Positions 18,486 through 31,159 of a stretch of DNA of 64,000 bases are shown one piece after another. Each line of letters starts with the position of its first letter. The first letter of the stretch is position 1. The notes beneath the pieces are model-generated. The model searched no databases and was not told the origin of the DNA. It saw nothing but the letters and a program-made list of their open reading frames with translations. Position numbers and translations under genes: made by a program. Source of the DNA: an uncultured Chloroflexia bacterium (GTDB taxonomy: Bacteria > Chloroflexota > Limnocylindria > Limnocylindrales > CSP1-4); contig CAVVNQ010000015.1 in the NCBI GenBank assembly GCA_963749705.1, forward strand, positions 160,001-224,000, written 5' to 3'.

Positions 18486-19591
18486 ACGACACGACGGCGC
18501 CGCTGCCGACCCCGCTGCTCGACCGACACGAGGCGCTGGGCGCACGGATCGTGGACTTTGCCGGCTGGCTGATGCCGATCCAGTACGCGGGCATCCTGGA
18601 GGAGCACCGCGCGGTCAGGGCCGCCGCCGGCCTGTTCGACCTGTCGCACATGGGCGAGCTCCTGATCGAGGGTCCGGAGGCCGGGGCAGCCCTGGCGGCG
18701 GCGCTGGTGACGGATCCGCCGGCGCTCGCGGTCGGGCGCGCCCAGTACTCGATGATCTGCGCCCCCGACGGCGGCGTCATCGACGATCTCATCGTCTATC
18801 GCCTGGCCGACGACCAGTTCATGGTCGTCGCCAATGCCTCGAACGCGCGCGTCGTCTCGGACGCGCTGACCGAGCGGCTCAGCGGACGCAAGGCCGTGCT
18901 CGACGACCAGTCGCTGGCGACCGGGCTGGTGGCGGTCCAGGGCCCGCGGTCGATCGACATCGTCGGCGGCCTGACCGACATCGACCTCGGCGCGATCCAC
19001 TACTACGGGATCACGGACGGGGTCGTGGCCGGTGTCCAGGCGCAGGTCGCCCGCACCGGCTATACCGGCGAAGACGGCTTCGAGCTGTTCGTCGAGGCGG
19101 ACCGGGCCGGGCCGCTGTGGGACGCGCTGCTCGAGGCCGGGGCGCCCGCGGGTCTCGTGCCCGTCGGGCTCGGGGCGCGCGACACCCTGCGGCTCGAGGC
19201 CGGGATGCCGCTGTACGGCAACGAGCTGGATCGCGCCACCAACCCGTACGAGGCGGGCCTGGGGCGCGTGGTCAAGCTCGACAAGCCCGGCGACTTTGTC
19301 GGACGGGCGGCGCTCGAGAAGGTGTCCCGCGATGGACCGGCGAAGCGGCTCGTGGGTCTCGTCCTCCGCGACCGTGGCATCGCCCGCCACGGATACCCGG
19401 TGCTCAACGCGACCGAGCGCACCGGCACCGTCACCTCGGGCACGATGTCGCCGACGCTCGGCACCGCGATCGCGATGGCGTATGTCAACCCCGCCGACGC
19501 CGAACCCGGTACGATGCTGGCCGTCGAGGTTCGCGGCACGCGCGTCGCCGCCGAGGTCACGCCGCTCCCGTTCTACAAGCGTCCGGCCTGA
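18482..19591 (+). CDS. gcvT: glycine cleavage T protein
   Basis: FAGWLMP, GLFDLSHMG, DDLIVY, RTGYTGEDGFE and GARDTLRLEAG motifs. Confidence 0.97.
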   Translation: MNDTTAPLPTPLLDRHEALGARIVDFAGWLMPIQYAGILEEHRAVRAAAGLFDLSHMGELLIEGPEAGAALAAALVTDPPALAVGRAQYSMICAPDGGVIDDLIVYRLADDQFMVVANASNARVVSDALTERLSGRKAVLDDQSLATGLVAVQGPRSIDIVGGLTDIDLGAIHYYGITDGVVAGVQAQVARTGYTGEDGFELFVEADRAGPLWDALLEAGAPAGLVPVGLGARDTLRLEAGMPLYGNELDRATNPYEAGLGRVVKLDKPGDFVGRAALEKVSRDGPAKRLVGLVLRDRGIARHGYPVLNATERTGTVTSGTMSPTLGTAIAMAYVNPADAEPGTMLAVEVRGTRVAAEVTPLPFYKRPA

Positions 19592-19681
19592 AGCCCGAGG
19601 GCAGCATCAGTCCGGACTGCGAGCCATCGCGACCAACCCGCGGTCGGAGCCGTGGTGAACAGCATCGGAGGAACCGGTTCC

Positions 19682-20062
19682 ATGGTCCCCGCTGATCTGC
19701 GCTATACCAAGGACCACGAGTGGGTTCGTCTCGAGGGGGACGAGGCCACCGTGGGCATCACGCAGTTCGCCGCCGACCAGCTCGGCGACATCGTGTACGT
19801 CGAGCTGCCGAACGTCGGGCGGGCGGTCGACCAGTTCGCGACCTTCGGGGTGGTGGAGTCGGTGAAGGCGGTGAGCGACCTGTTCGCGCCCGTCGCCGGC
19901 GAGGTCACCGGCGCCAACGACGAGCTAGGCGGCCAACCGGAGCTGGTCAACAGCGACCCGTACGGCGCCGGCTGGATGGTGCGCCTGCGGCTCGCCGATC
20001 CGGCCCAGGCCGACGTGCTCCTCGACGCCGCCGCCTACGAGCAGCTCGTCGCCGAGAGCTGA
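19682..20062 (+). CDS. gcvH: glycine cleavage H protein
   Basis: [17 protein letters not shown] and VESVKAVSD (lipoyl-Lys) motifs; GGAGG SD. Confidence 0.97.
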   Translation: MVPADLRYTKDHEWVRLEGDEATVGITQFAADQLGDIVYVELPNVGRAVDQFATFGVVESVKAVSDLFAPVAGEVTGANDELGGQPELVNSDPYGAGWMVRLRLADPAQADVLLDAAAYEQLVAES

Positions 20063-20067
20063 TCGAG

Positions 20068-21456
20068 ATGCCGTACGGCCCGCATGCGGCCGACGATCGA
20101 GCCCGGATGCTCGAGACGATCGGCATCACCTCCGTCGACGAGCTGTTCGACGACATCCCGGAACCGCTTCGTGCGAGCCCACTCCGGCTCGACCCCCCCG
20201 AGCCGGAGCTCGAGCTGAGCGCCCGGCTGGTCGCGCTCGCCGGGCGCAACCGGGTGGACCTGGCGAGCTTCCTGGGTGCCGGCGCCTACCGCCACTGGAC
20301 GCCCGCCGCCGTTGACCAGCTGCTGCTCCGCGGCGAGTGGTACACGGCCTACACGCCGTACCAGCCGGAGGTCAGCCAGGGCACGCTCCAGAGCATCTAC
20401 GAGTACCAGTCGCTCCTGGCCGAGCTCACGGGGCTCGACGTGGTCTCCGCGTCGCACTACGACGGCGGCGCGGCCACCGCGGAGGCGGCCCTGATGGCCT
20501 GCCGCGCCACGCGGCGCGAACGGATCCTGGTCTCCAGGGGCGTCCATCCCCACTACCGCGAGACGCTCGAGACGTACGCGGCGGGAGCCGGGCTCGCTGC
20601 CGAGGAGATCCCGCTGGTGGCGACCGGCCCGCTCGCCGGCACGACCGACCTCGAGGCGCTCGCGCGCCTCCTCGCGGACCCGGGCGGCCCCGTCGCCGGC
20701 GTGGTCGTCGCGCAGCCCAACGTGCTTGGGCTGCTGGAGGCGATGCCCGAGGTCGGGCGGATCGCGCACGAGGCGGGCGCGCTGTTCGTGAGCGTGATCG
20801 AGCCGGTATCCCTGGCCGTGCTCGCGCCACCGGCCGAGTACGGGGCGGACATCGCGGCCGGTGAGGGCCAGCCGCTCGGGATCCCGCTCCAGTACGGCGG
20901 TCCGTACCTGGGGATCGTGGCATGCACGGATGCGCTGGTGCGCCAGATCCCGGGCCGGCTCGTCGGCCAGACCACGGACCTCGCCGGGCGCCGCGCGTTC
21001 GTGATGACGATGCGCGCACGGGAGCAGGACATCCGCCGCGAGAAGGCGGCCAGCAACATCTGCACCAACCAGGCGCTGCTCGCCCTGGCGGCCAGCATCT
21101 ACCTGGCGACGATCGGCCCCCACGGGCTCCGTGACGTTGCCTCGCTGGGCGCGGCTCGTGCCGCGGACCTCGAGGCCGCGCTGGCCGTGGCAGGCGCCCC
21201 GCGGATGCACCCCGGGCCGTACCTCAACGAGTTCGTGGTCAGGGTTCCCGACGCCGCCGGCGTCCACGAGCGGCTGCTCGAGCGGGGGGTGCTCGCCGGC
21301 ATCCCGACGAGCCGGCTGATGCCCGACGAGGGATCGATCGCCGACGGCCTGCTGGTGTGTGCCACCGAGGTGACCACGTCGGCGGAGATCGAGCAATTTG
21401 CCGCGGTGCTGCGCGAGGAGCTCGCCCGCGCCACGACACCGGGAGGCGTGCGGTGA
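20068..21456 (+). CDS. gcvPA: glycine decarboxylase subunit 1
   Basis: FLGAGAY, TAYTPYQPEVSQG and REQDIRREKAASNICTNQ motifs. Confidence 0.96.
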   Translation: MPYGPHAADDRARMLETIGITSVDELFDDIPEPLRASPLRLDPPEPELELSARLVALAGRNRVDLASFLGAGAYRHWTPAAVDQLLLRGEWYTAYTPYQPEVSQGTLQSIYEYQSLLAELTGLDVVSASHYDGGAATAEAALMACRATRRERILVSRGVHPHYRETLETYAAGAGLAAEEIPLVATGPLAGTTDLEALARLLADPGGPVAGVVVAQPNVLGLLEAMPEVGRIAHEAGALFVSVIEPVSLAVLAPPAEYGADIAAGEGQPLGIPLQYGGPYLGIVACTDALVRQIPGRLVGQTTDLAGRRAFVMTMRAREQDIRREKAASNICTNQALLALAASIYLATIGPHGLRDVASLGAARAADLEAALAVAGAPRMHPGPYLNEFVVRVPDAAGVHERLLERGVLAGIPTSRLMPDEGSIADGLLVCATEVTTSAEIEQFAAVLREELARATTPGGVR

Positions 21457-22952
21457 CGGTCGTCGGAGAGCGGCTCCAGCCGACCCTGTTCGAGCGCAGC
21501 CGGCCGGGTCGTGGTGGCGGCAAGATCCCGCATCCGCCCAAGGACGCGCTGGACCGGATCCCGACCGCGGCCCTTCGCTCGGTACCCGCCGCGCTGCCCG
21601 AGCTCGCGGAGCCGGAGGTGGTGCGCCACTACGTCAACCTCAGCCAGCTCAACTACTCGATCGACACGGGCTTCTACCCGCTCGGCTCGTGCACCATGAA
21701 GTTCAACCCCAAGCTCAACGAATGGGCCGCGCGCCTGCCCGGCTTTGCGGGTCTGCACCCCATGGCGCCCGACGCCGTCGCCCAGGGAACGCTCCAGCTC
21801 CTGTTCGAGCTCGAGGGCCTGCTGGCCGAGATCAGCGGCATGGATGCGGTCACGCTCCAGCCGGCCGCGGGAGCCCAGGGCGAGCTGACCGGGATCCTGA
21901 TGATCCGCGCCTACCACCGCTCCCGCGGCGACCTTGCGCGGACCGAGGTGCTGGTACCGGACTCGTCGCACGGCACGAACCCCGCAACGGCATCGATGGC
22001 CGGGTTCCGCACCGTCACCATCCCGTCCGCCCCCGACGGCGGCGTCGATCTCGACGCGTTCGGCGCAGCGCTGGGGCCGAAGACCGCCGCGATCATGATC
22101 ACGAATCCGTCCACGCTGGGACTGTTCGAGCGGCGGATCGGCGACCTGCTCGAGGCGACCCACGCCGCCGGTGCGCTGGCGTACATGGACGGCGCGAACC
22201 TCAACGCCATCCTGGGCCGGTTCAAGCCCGGCGAAGCCGGCTTCGACGTGATGCACTTCAACGTCCACAAGACGTTCTCCACGCCCCATGGCGGCGGCGG
22301 CCCGGGTGCGGGGCCCGTCGGGGTCCGCTCGTTGCTGGAGCCGTTCCTGCCCGCGCCTCGCGTGCTGCGCGCCGACGACGGGTCCTACCGGCTCGAGCCG
22401 CCCGGAGAACGTCCGCTCTCGATCGGGCGAATGCGGTCGTTCGTGGGCAGCACGGGGGTGCTCGTGCGGGCCTACGCGTACATCCGGGCCCACGGCGCCG
22501 CCGGCCTGTGCGAGGTGTCCGACGACGCGGTGCTCGCGGCGAACTACCTCAAGCAGCGCCTTTCGGGCGCCTACCACGTCCCATTCGCCCGACACTGCAA
22601 GCACGAGTTCGTGGCTTCGGCCGGCGAGATCAAGCGCCGGACCGGGGTTCGCACCCTGGACATCGCCAAGCGCCTGATCGACAAGGGCTATCACCCGCCG
22701 ACGATCTACTTCCCGCTGACGGTCGAGGAGGCGATGCTGATCGAGCCGACCGAGACCGAATCGCTGGAGACCCTCGATGCGTTCACCGACGCGCTGCTGG
22801 AGATCGCGCGGGAGGCTGACGAGCACCCGGACCTCGTGACCGGAGCGCCGCACGACGCGCCGGTGCGGCGTCTTGACGAGGCGCTGGCCGCGCGCCAGCC
22901 CAATCTCCGCTCGCGTGGGATGACCGGCGCCCAGACGCCCTGCCCGGACTAG
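21453..22952 (+). CDS. gcvPB: glycine decarboxylase subunit 2
   Basis: YPLGSCTMK, AGAQGE, DGANLNA and HFNVHKTFSTPHGGGGPG (PLP-Lys) motifs. Confidence 0.96.
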   Translation: MTVVGERLQPTLFERSRPGRGGGKIPHPPKDALDRIPTAALRSVPAALPELAEPEVVRHYVNLSQLNYSIDTGFYPLGSCTMKFNPKLNEWAARLPGFAGLHPMAPDAVAQGTLQLLFELEGLLAEISGMDAVTLQPAAGAQGELTGILMIRAYHRSRGDLARTEVLVPDSSHGTNPATASMAGFRTVTIPSAPDGGVDLDAFGAALGPKTAAIMITNPSTLGLFERRIGDLLEATHAAGALAYMDGANLNAILGRFKPGEAGFDVMHFNVHKTFSTPHGGGGPGAGPVGVRSLLEPFLPAPRVLRADDGSYRLEPPGERPLSIGRMRSFVGSTGVLVRAYAYIRAHGAAGLCEVSDDAVLAANYLKQRLSGAYHVPFARHCKHEFVASAGEIKRRTGVRTLDIAKRLIDKGYHPPTIYFPLTVEEAMLIEPTETESLETLDAFTDALLEIAREADEHPDLVTGAPHDAPVRRLDEALAARQPNLRSRGMTGAQTPCPD

Positions 22953-23025
22953 CAGCGGGGCAATCCGCCGCCTGCGGGACCCGGGGCCGAGGAGGGGAGC
23001 ATTTCCCTGCGCGTCGCGCACCCGC

Positions 23026-23052
23026 TTGACACCTGAAACGATCTGCTATCCT
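23026..23052 (+). promoter_or_regulatory. putative promoter of the ABC operon (TTGACA ... extended -10 TGcTATCCT), leaderless start
   Basis: TTGACA 23026-23031, TATCCT 23047-23052, ATG 7 nt later; the spacer is only 15 nt. Confidence 0.55.
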
Positions 23053-23059
23053 CGCGGCC

Positions 23060-23989
23060 ATGGTCGGCCGAAGCCTTCGTCAGATCATCTGGGCACGTCT
23101 GCGGCGGGATCGAGTCGCCATGGTGTGCCTTGTTGTGCTGATCCTGTTCTACGGGACGGCGATCATCGGTCCGATCATCGCGGGCATGGTCGGCATCGAC
23201 CCCTACAAGTTCGACCCTGCGGCGATCAGTGACACGGGCGGCAAGCCCATCGCCGACTGGGGCGGGATCACCGCCGCGCACCCGCTGGGCGTCGAGTGGG
23301 GGACCGGCCGTGACATCTTCGCCCAGCTCCTGTACGGCCTCCGGATCTCGCTGATCATCTCGACCAGCGCGACGGCCATGACGGTGTTCCTCGGCACGAC
23401 CATCGGGATCATCGCCGGGTACACCGGCGGGCTCACGGACAACCTGGTCGGACGGCTGATGGACCTCGTCCTCGCGTTCCCGACCCTGCTGATCATTCTG
23501 GCCCTGTCCGGGGTCATGACCCAGCGTCTCACCGATCTCGGGGTGCCTGCAGGCAACGCTTCCCGGATCCTGTACCTGATCCTCGTGATGAGCGTGTTCG
23601 GCTGGCCGTACCTCGCCCGCATCGTGCGCGGCCAGGTGCTCAGCTTCCGCGAGCGAGAGTTCGTCGAAGCCGCCGTGGCGATGGGGTCGAGCAAGCGTCG
23701 GATCCTGTTCACCGAGATCCTGCCCAACCTGTGGGCACCGATCCTGGTGTACGCGACCCTGACCCTGCCGGCGTACATCGGCCTCGAGGCCGCCCTGTCG
23801 TTCCTCGGTGTCGGCGTCATCCCGCCGGACACGACGTTCGGCGCGATGCTCGCCAACTCGGTGACCTATTTCAACGTGGTTCCCACGTACCTGTTCATCC
23901 CCGGGACCCTGCTGGTCATCCTGGTCGTGTCGTTCAACCTGTTTGGCGACGCGCTCCGGGATGCCATGGATCCGAAGGGCGTTCACTGA
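23060..23989 (+). CDS. oppC: peptide ABC transporter permease (OppC/DppC-type)
   Basis: HPLG..GRDIF, RISL, EFVEAA..MG (EAA loop) and GDALRDAMDP motifs. Confidence 0.9.
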   Translation: MVGRSLRQIIWARLRRDRVAMVCLVVLILFYGTAIIGPIIAGMVGIDPYKFDPAAISDTGGKPIADWGGITAAHPLGVEWGTGRDIFAQLLYGLRISLIISTSATAMTVFLGTTIGIIAGYTGGLTDNLVGRLMDLVLAFPTLLIILALSGVMTQRLTDLGVPAGNASRILYLILVMSVFGWPYLARIVRGQVLSFREREFVEAAVAMGSSKRRILFTEILPNLWAPILVYATLTLPAYIGLEAALSFLGVGVIPPDTTFGAMLANSVTYFNVVPTYLFIPGTLLVILVVSFNLFGDALRDAMDPKGVH

Positions 23990-24113
23990 AACGGTAGCCG
24001 ACGCCTCAGCGGGAACCGACCCGCCGGCGTTCTTCAAACGCGCGTAATTCTCGCGCGTGTACCATCATCGGCATGCGCCGGATGATTCCGGCAAGACCTT
24101 GGAGGAGGAAACA

Positions 24114-25961
24114 ATGGTCAGATCCGAATCGCGTGGGCTGCGCGCCTTGACGCTCGGCGTCGTGGCGACGGTCGCGCTGGCGGCCTGCGGGGGTTCGACC
24201 CCCACCACGGCTCCGCCGGCGTCGACGGCCCCCGGCTCGTCGGCGACGGCGGAAAGCGCTGCTCCGTCCTCGGAGATCCCGACCGGCGGCACCGTGTACC
24301 TGCTGACGCAGGCCGAGCAGTGGGATCAGGTCGATCCCCAGCGCGCCTACACCGGCGAGGACCTCGCGTTCTTCTCGGCGACGATCTACCGGTCGCTGAC
24401 GGCGTACACCTATTCCGCTGACAACCCCACGGCCTCCGGCCTCCAGCCGGACCTGGCGACCGACACCGGCACGCCGAGCGACGGTGCCAAGACCTGGACG
24501 TTCACGCTCCGTGATGGCGTGAAGTGGCAGGACGGTTCGCCGATCACGTGTGCTGACGTCGCCTACGGCGTGTCGCGCACGTTCGCGAACGACGTCATCA
24601 ACCAGGGCCCGACGTACGCCGTCGCGTACCTCGACATCCCGGCCAACCCGGTCACGGACAAGAGCGACCCCAACAGCGTCTACCTGTCCGCGTACTACGG
24701 TCCCTACAACGGCACCGGCCAGGACCTGTTCGACAAGGCGGTCTCCTGCTCCGCCGACAACAAGACGATCACGTTCCACCTGAAGCAGCCGGTCGCGGAC
24801 TTCAACTACACCGTGACCCTCGGCTTCTCGCCCGTCCCGAAGGCCGCCGACACCGGCGAGTCCTACGGCGTCGCCGCTCCGCCGATGTCCTCGGGCCCGT
24901 ACAAGATCGACAGCTACACCACCGGCAACGGCGGCAAGATGCTGATGTCCAGGAATGAGAACTGGGATGCAGCAAGCGACCCGTACCGGCACCCGTACCC
25001 GGACAACTGGGAAGTCGACTTCGGCATCGACCCGAAGGTCATCGACCAGCGGCTGATCCAGAGCTCGGGCAATGACCAGTACGCCCTCCAGTACGGCGGG
25101 ATGCAGCCCGAGAACCTGGCGACCGTGTTCGCTGATGCCAACACCGTCAACGACCAGTACACCGGCCGCGCCGTCAGCGCGTACGACATCTACTCGCGCT
25201 ACTTCTGGATCAACGTCCAGAAGGTCAAGAACGTCAAGATCCGCCAGGCGATGGCCGTCGCCCTCGACCGCAGCGGGCTCCGCAAGGCGTCCGGCGGCGA
25301 CTTCTACGGCGACTACGCCGACGGCACCATCAAGCCGAACATCGGCGCGGACTACGCCGACACCGGCGTCTGGACCACCATGTTCGGACAGGCGATCCCC
25401 GACACCGGCGACGCCACCCTTGCCAAGCAGCTGATCGCCGACTCCGGCGAGGCTGCACCGACCCTCACCTTCAACTATGCCGACACCCCCACCTACGGCA
25501 AGTGGGCGGCGATCGTGCAGGCGTCGCTCCAGGCGGCCGGCTTCACGGTCAACCTCGCGCCGCTGCCCCCGGGCTCGTACTACAGCACCGTCTTCGATCC
25601 CGAGAAGGCAGGCGACTTCGGTGTCGGTGGCTGGGGCCCTGACTGGCCGAATGCCTCGACCGTCATCCCGCCCCTGTTCACGCAGGAGGGCGGCTGGGAC
25701 CTGTCCCAGGTCGACGACGCAGCGTTCAACACCGAGGTCAAGGCCGCACAGGCCGAGACCGACCGCGCAAAGCAGTCGACGATGTGGCAGGCCCTGGACA
25801 AGGAGACCATCCAGAACATGTGGGTCATCCCCACGTTCTTCGGCCTCAAGCAGGGCATGATGGGCACCAAGCTGGGGACCACGCAGGGACCCAACGGCGG
25901 CCTGTACGACTGGGGCCCCTACAGCTCCAACCCGTACGGCGACATGTACGTCAAGCCGTAG
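24114..25961 (+). CDS. oppA: peptide ABC transporter solute-binding lipoprotein (family 5)
   Basis: GGAGGAGG SD, lipobox LAAC, PDLA..WTFTLRDGVKWQDG, GPYKI and IRQAMA motifs. Confidence 0.9.
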   Translation: MVRSESRGLRALTLGVVATVALAACGGSTPTTAPPASTAPGSSATAESAAPSSEIPTGGTVYLLTQAEQWDQVDPQRAYTGEDLAFFSATIYRSLTAYTYSADNPTASGLQPDLATDTGTPSDGAKTWTFTLRDGVKWQDGSPITCADVAYGVSRTFANDVINQGPTYAVAYLDIPANPVTDKSDPNSVYLSAYYGPYNGTGQDLFDKAVSCSADNKTITFHLKQPVADFNYTVTLGFSPVPKAADTGESYGVAAPPMSSGPYKIDSYTTGNGGKMLMSRNENWDAASDPYRHPYPDNWEVDFGIDPKVIDQRLIQSSGNDQYALQYGGMQPENLATVFADANTVNDQYTGRAVSAYDIYSRYFWINVQKVKNVKIRQAMAVALDRSGLRKASGGDFYGDYADGTIKPNIGADYADTGVWTTMFGQAIPDTGDATLAKQLIADSGEAAPTLTFNYADTPTYGKWAAIVQASLQAAGFTVNLAPLPPGSYYSTVFDPEKAGDFGVGGWGPDWPNASTVIPPLFTQEGGWDLSQVDDAAFNTEVKAAQAETDRAKQSTMWQALDKETIQNMWVIPTFFGLKQGMMGTKLGTTQGPNGGLYDWGPYSSNPYGDMYVKP

Positions 25962-25980
25962 GCATCGAGTCGTAACAATC

Positions 25981-26020
25981 CCCAGGGGGGCGGCAACGCC
26001 GCCCCCCTGGGACACCTTTT
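25981..26020 (+). terminator. GC-rich stem-loop after oppA (partial terminator or mRNA stabiliser)
   Basis: CCCAGGGGGGCGGC-AAC-GCCGCCCCCCTGGG followed by ACACCTTTT. Confidence 0.75.
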
Positions 26021-26041
26021 GCCTTAAGGAGGAACTCGCGG

Positions 26042-27033
26042 GTGACGGCCTACCTGATCCGCCGCGTGCTGGGCATGATCATGCTCCTGTTCCTCCTCAC
26101 GATCACCGTCTTCTTCCTGTTCAACCTCCTGCCCGGTGACCCGGCTCGCCTGACCTGCGGCAAGGCATGCAGCCCGGCGATCATCGAGGCGAACCGCCAC
26201 CGGCTTGGCTACGACGAGCCGATCCTGGTCCAGTACGAGAAGTTCGTGACCGGGATCTTCTTCGGGCGGGTGTACTCCGCCGACTCGCCCCAGCCGATCG
26301 ACTGCACCGCTCCGTGCCTCGGGTATTCGTTCACCCGCCACGAGCTGGTGACATCCCTGATCGCCCGGTCTGCCCCGGTGACGTTCTGGCTCGCGACCGG
26401 CGCCTTCCTGATGTGGATCATCGGGGGCATATCGTTGGGGATCTTCTCGGCGCTCAACCATGGACGGTGGCCGGACCGGCTGGTGATGACGATCTCGCTG
26501 ATCGGCTACTCGCTGCCGTCGTTCTTCATCGGCCTGGTGCTGATCTTCTTCATCATCCTCAAGCTCGGCTGGTTACCATTCCCGTCGTACGTGTCCCCGT
26601 TCGACAACCCGTTCCAGTTCCTGCAGACGATGATCCTGCCCTGGATCGTCCTCGCGACCTTGAACGCGGCGTTCTACATGCGCCTCACGCGCAACCAGGT
26701 GCTCGAGGTGTTCGGCGACGACTTTGTCCGAACCGCCCGCGCGAAGGGCCTCCCGGAACGCACCGTGGTGGTCAAGCACGCACTGCGGGCGGGTCTCACG
26801 CCGATCGTCACGGCTGCGGGCCTTGACCTGGCCTACCTGCTGGGCGGAGCCATCATCTCGGAGAACATCTTCAGCCTGCCGGGACTCGGCTCGCTCGCGG
26901 TCACGTCGGTCCTCACCTCGGACCTGCCGGTGATCGTCGGGATCACGACGCTCACGGCGACGATCATCATCGTCGCGAACCTGGTCGTCGACCTGCTGTA
27001 CGCGGTCGTCGACCCGCGCGTGAGGATCGCCTG

Positions 27034-27034
<1 letters not shown>
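26042..27034 (+). CDS. oppB: peptide ABC transporter permease (OppB/DppB-type)
   Basis: LPGDPA, LGYSF, DFVRTARAKGL and NLVVDLLYAVVDPRVR motifs; AAGGAGG SD. Confidence 0.92.
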
Positions 27035-29126
<2,092 letters not shown>

Positions 29127-29198
29127 CGGGTCGGGCGGCGCCGAGCGGTTCCGTCAGGTCAGCGCCGAGCGGTTCGGCCGCGCGATCCCGTCGGGCGG

Positions 29199-30917
29199 TC
29201 AGCCGCCCCCCGCGGTGCCACCGAACAGGGCGTCCCAGGCCGAAAACGCGCCGGCGCGCCGCGCGGCACGGACCGCGCTGTTCGCGTCCCACTGGGCGAC
29301 GAAGGTCGCGAGCACGTCACCCGCGTCGAGCGTCGTTCCATCCTGGAACGTCACCCCCTTGCGCAGCGTGCACGTCCACACGCTCGCGTCGCTGCCGGCC
29401 GTGCACCGCGTCGCCAGCCCGGGGACGACGTCCATCGTGCCCGGAGCAAACCGGTACAGCGGCTCGGTGATCAGCGAGCAGGCGCGGTACGCATCGGGTG
29501 ACGAGGCGTCGGCGCAGTAGGCGCCGCCGGGGTCGGTCGCCTGCATGAACACCAGCTGCGGTCGGTCGCCCGGCGTGAACGAGCCGAGCGGATCGATCCC
29601 GAGCGGTGACGCGACCACGCCGGTCACGTCCGAGCGGAACGCGGTCACGCTGCCCGGATGCGCGAGCGGGATCAGGGGGACCAGGCTCCGGATCGCGTCA
29701 TTTGCCCGCTTGAGCCCCGCCTGGCGTGCCGCCGGGTCCACGCTCGACGCGATCGACGCCAGCGACGTCGCCACGGTCGGGGCACGTCGCGCGGGGGTGG
29801 CCGCGGTTCCCGGTCCGAGGACTGCGCCGATCGCATCGGTCGCGTCGACGACGCCGTCGGTCGTGCCGCCCAGGTAGAGGCCGTCGATGCCGCCGTCGGC
29901 GATCCGCGCGGCCAACGTCGCCGCATCCATCACGTCGATCTCCGTCGACAACCCGAGGCTGTCGAGCAGCTCGGCCTGGAGCGCGAGCGCCACCGCTCGC
30001 GGGTCGGGGAGGCCGGGGACGGGCCGGTCGGGCACGTGGAGCGGATACGTCGCGCGAAGGTCGAAGGATGTCGCCGCGAGGTCCGCCGCCGCGGCGGGCC
30101 CGTTGTACGGGTACCAGTCGTCTCCCACGCAGGCGCCGGCGAGCTGGCACGGCGCGAGGTGGGTGGCCACCGTCGAGCCGGCGGGAAACGCACTCTCGAC
30201 GAGGGCGTTGCGGTCGATCGCGCCCGCGATCGCCTGCCGGACGCGAACGTCATCGAAGGCGGGATCGCTGCCGAACGCGAGGTACGCCGTCGACAGCCCG
30301 GCCCGCGGGACCATCGCGACCTCCGGCAGCGTGTCGAGGTCGTCGATCTGGGCCGGGCCGGGTGCGTCGATCCCGTCGACCGAGGCCGCCTTGAGCTCCG
30401 CGGCCCGCTGCGCCGGATCGGCGTTCCAGCGAAGGATCACGGTGGGCGTGTACGTGCCGGGAGCTGCGCCGTCCCCGGTCGCCGCGGCGAGGACCGCGTC
30501 GCCGCCCTCGTCCCAGCGCTCGATGCGGTAGGGCCCCGTGCCGGCGATCGAGCGTGCGGCACCGGGATCCGCGCCCAGCCGTTCGATGGTCGCTGAATCG
30601 AGGATCCCCAGCGCCGGGCTGGCGATCCGGGCGAGGAACGACCCGTCCGGGGCGCACAGCCGGAACCTGACCGTCAGCGCGTTGACCGCCTCGATCCGTC
30701 CGATGCGGCCGGTGTACCCGGGGGCGTCGCAGGCAGAACCGGCCGCAGGCCAGCTCGATGGGGAGAATGGGTTGTCAGTGACCGCCACCGTGGGTGTGGG
30801 CGAGGCGCCGTCGATCCGGCTTGTCGGTGACGCCGACGGCTCGGGCTCCGTCGCGCACGCCCCGACGAGGGCCGCGACGACCAGGAGAGCCGGCAGCGCG
30901 CGGCTCGCACGGGACAC
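29199..30917 (-). CDS. family-5 solute-binding lipoprotein, circularly permuted
   Basis: GGAGG SD, lipobox-like VGAC, GTGPY and VRVRQAIAGAIDR motifs; the PGLA..WTCTLRKGVTFQDG block lies at the C-terminus. Confidence 0.85.
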   Translation of the reverse strand: MSRASRALPALLVVAALVGACATEPEPSASPTSRIDGASPTPTVAVTDNPFSPSSWPAAGSACDAPGYTGRIGRIEAVNALTVRFRLCAPDGSFLARIASPALGILDSATIERLGADPGAARSIAGTGPYRIERWDEGGDAVLAAATGDGAAPGTYTPTVILRWNADPAQRAAELKAASVDGIDAPGPAQIDDLDTLPEVAMVPRAGLSTAYLAFGSDPAFDDVRVRQAIAGAIDRNALVESAFPAGSTVATHLAPCQLAGACVGDDWYPYNGPAAAADLAATSFDLRATYPLHVPDRPVPGLPDPRAVALALQAELLDSLGLSTEIDVMDAATLAARIADGGIDGLYLGGTTDGVVDATDAIGAVLGPGTAATPARRAPTVATSLASIASSVDPAARQAGLKRANDAIRSLVPLIPLAHPGSVTAFRSDVTGVVASPLGIDPLGSFTPGDRPQLVFMQATDPGGAYCADASSPDAYRACSLITEPLYRFAPGTMDVVPGLATRCTAGSDASVWTCTLRKGVTFQDGTTLDAGDVLATFVAQWDANSAVRAARRAGAFSAWDALFGGTAGGG

Positions 30918-31159
30918 GCGGGGTTGCCTCCCGAACTGATCTCGATGAACACGCCGGTGGCGCCGGACCAGGTCGGCCGTCCGGGAGTCTCGGCGTGGCG
31001 ATCAGCCTAGCACCGTGGGCAGACCACGCCGGCGAGCGACCGGACGGGGTCCGCGGCCGCCGCAGCTCGACGGCGAGATCGCGCTGGTCGCTTCGACCCG
31101 GGCCGCGGTTTGGCCCACCGGCGGGTCGGTCCGCCGCCGGCGTGACTTAGACTCGCAGC

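Noticed and set aside
17669-19681. Glycine riboswitch upstream of or within the gcv operon
   Set aside because: The GGAGA...CCGAAG...CTCAGG core was not found in the correct order before NUDIX, gcvT or gcvH.
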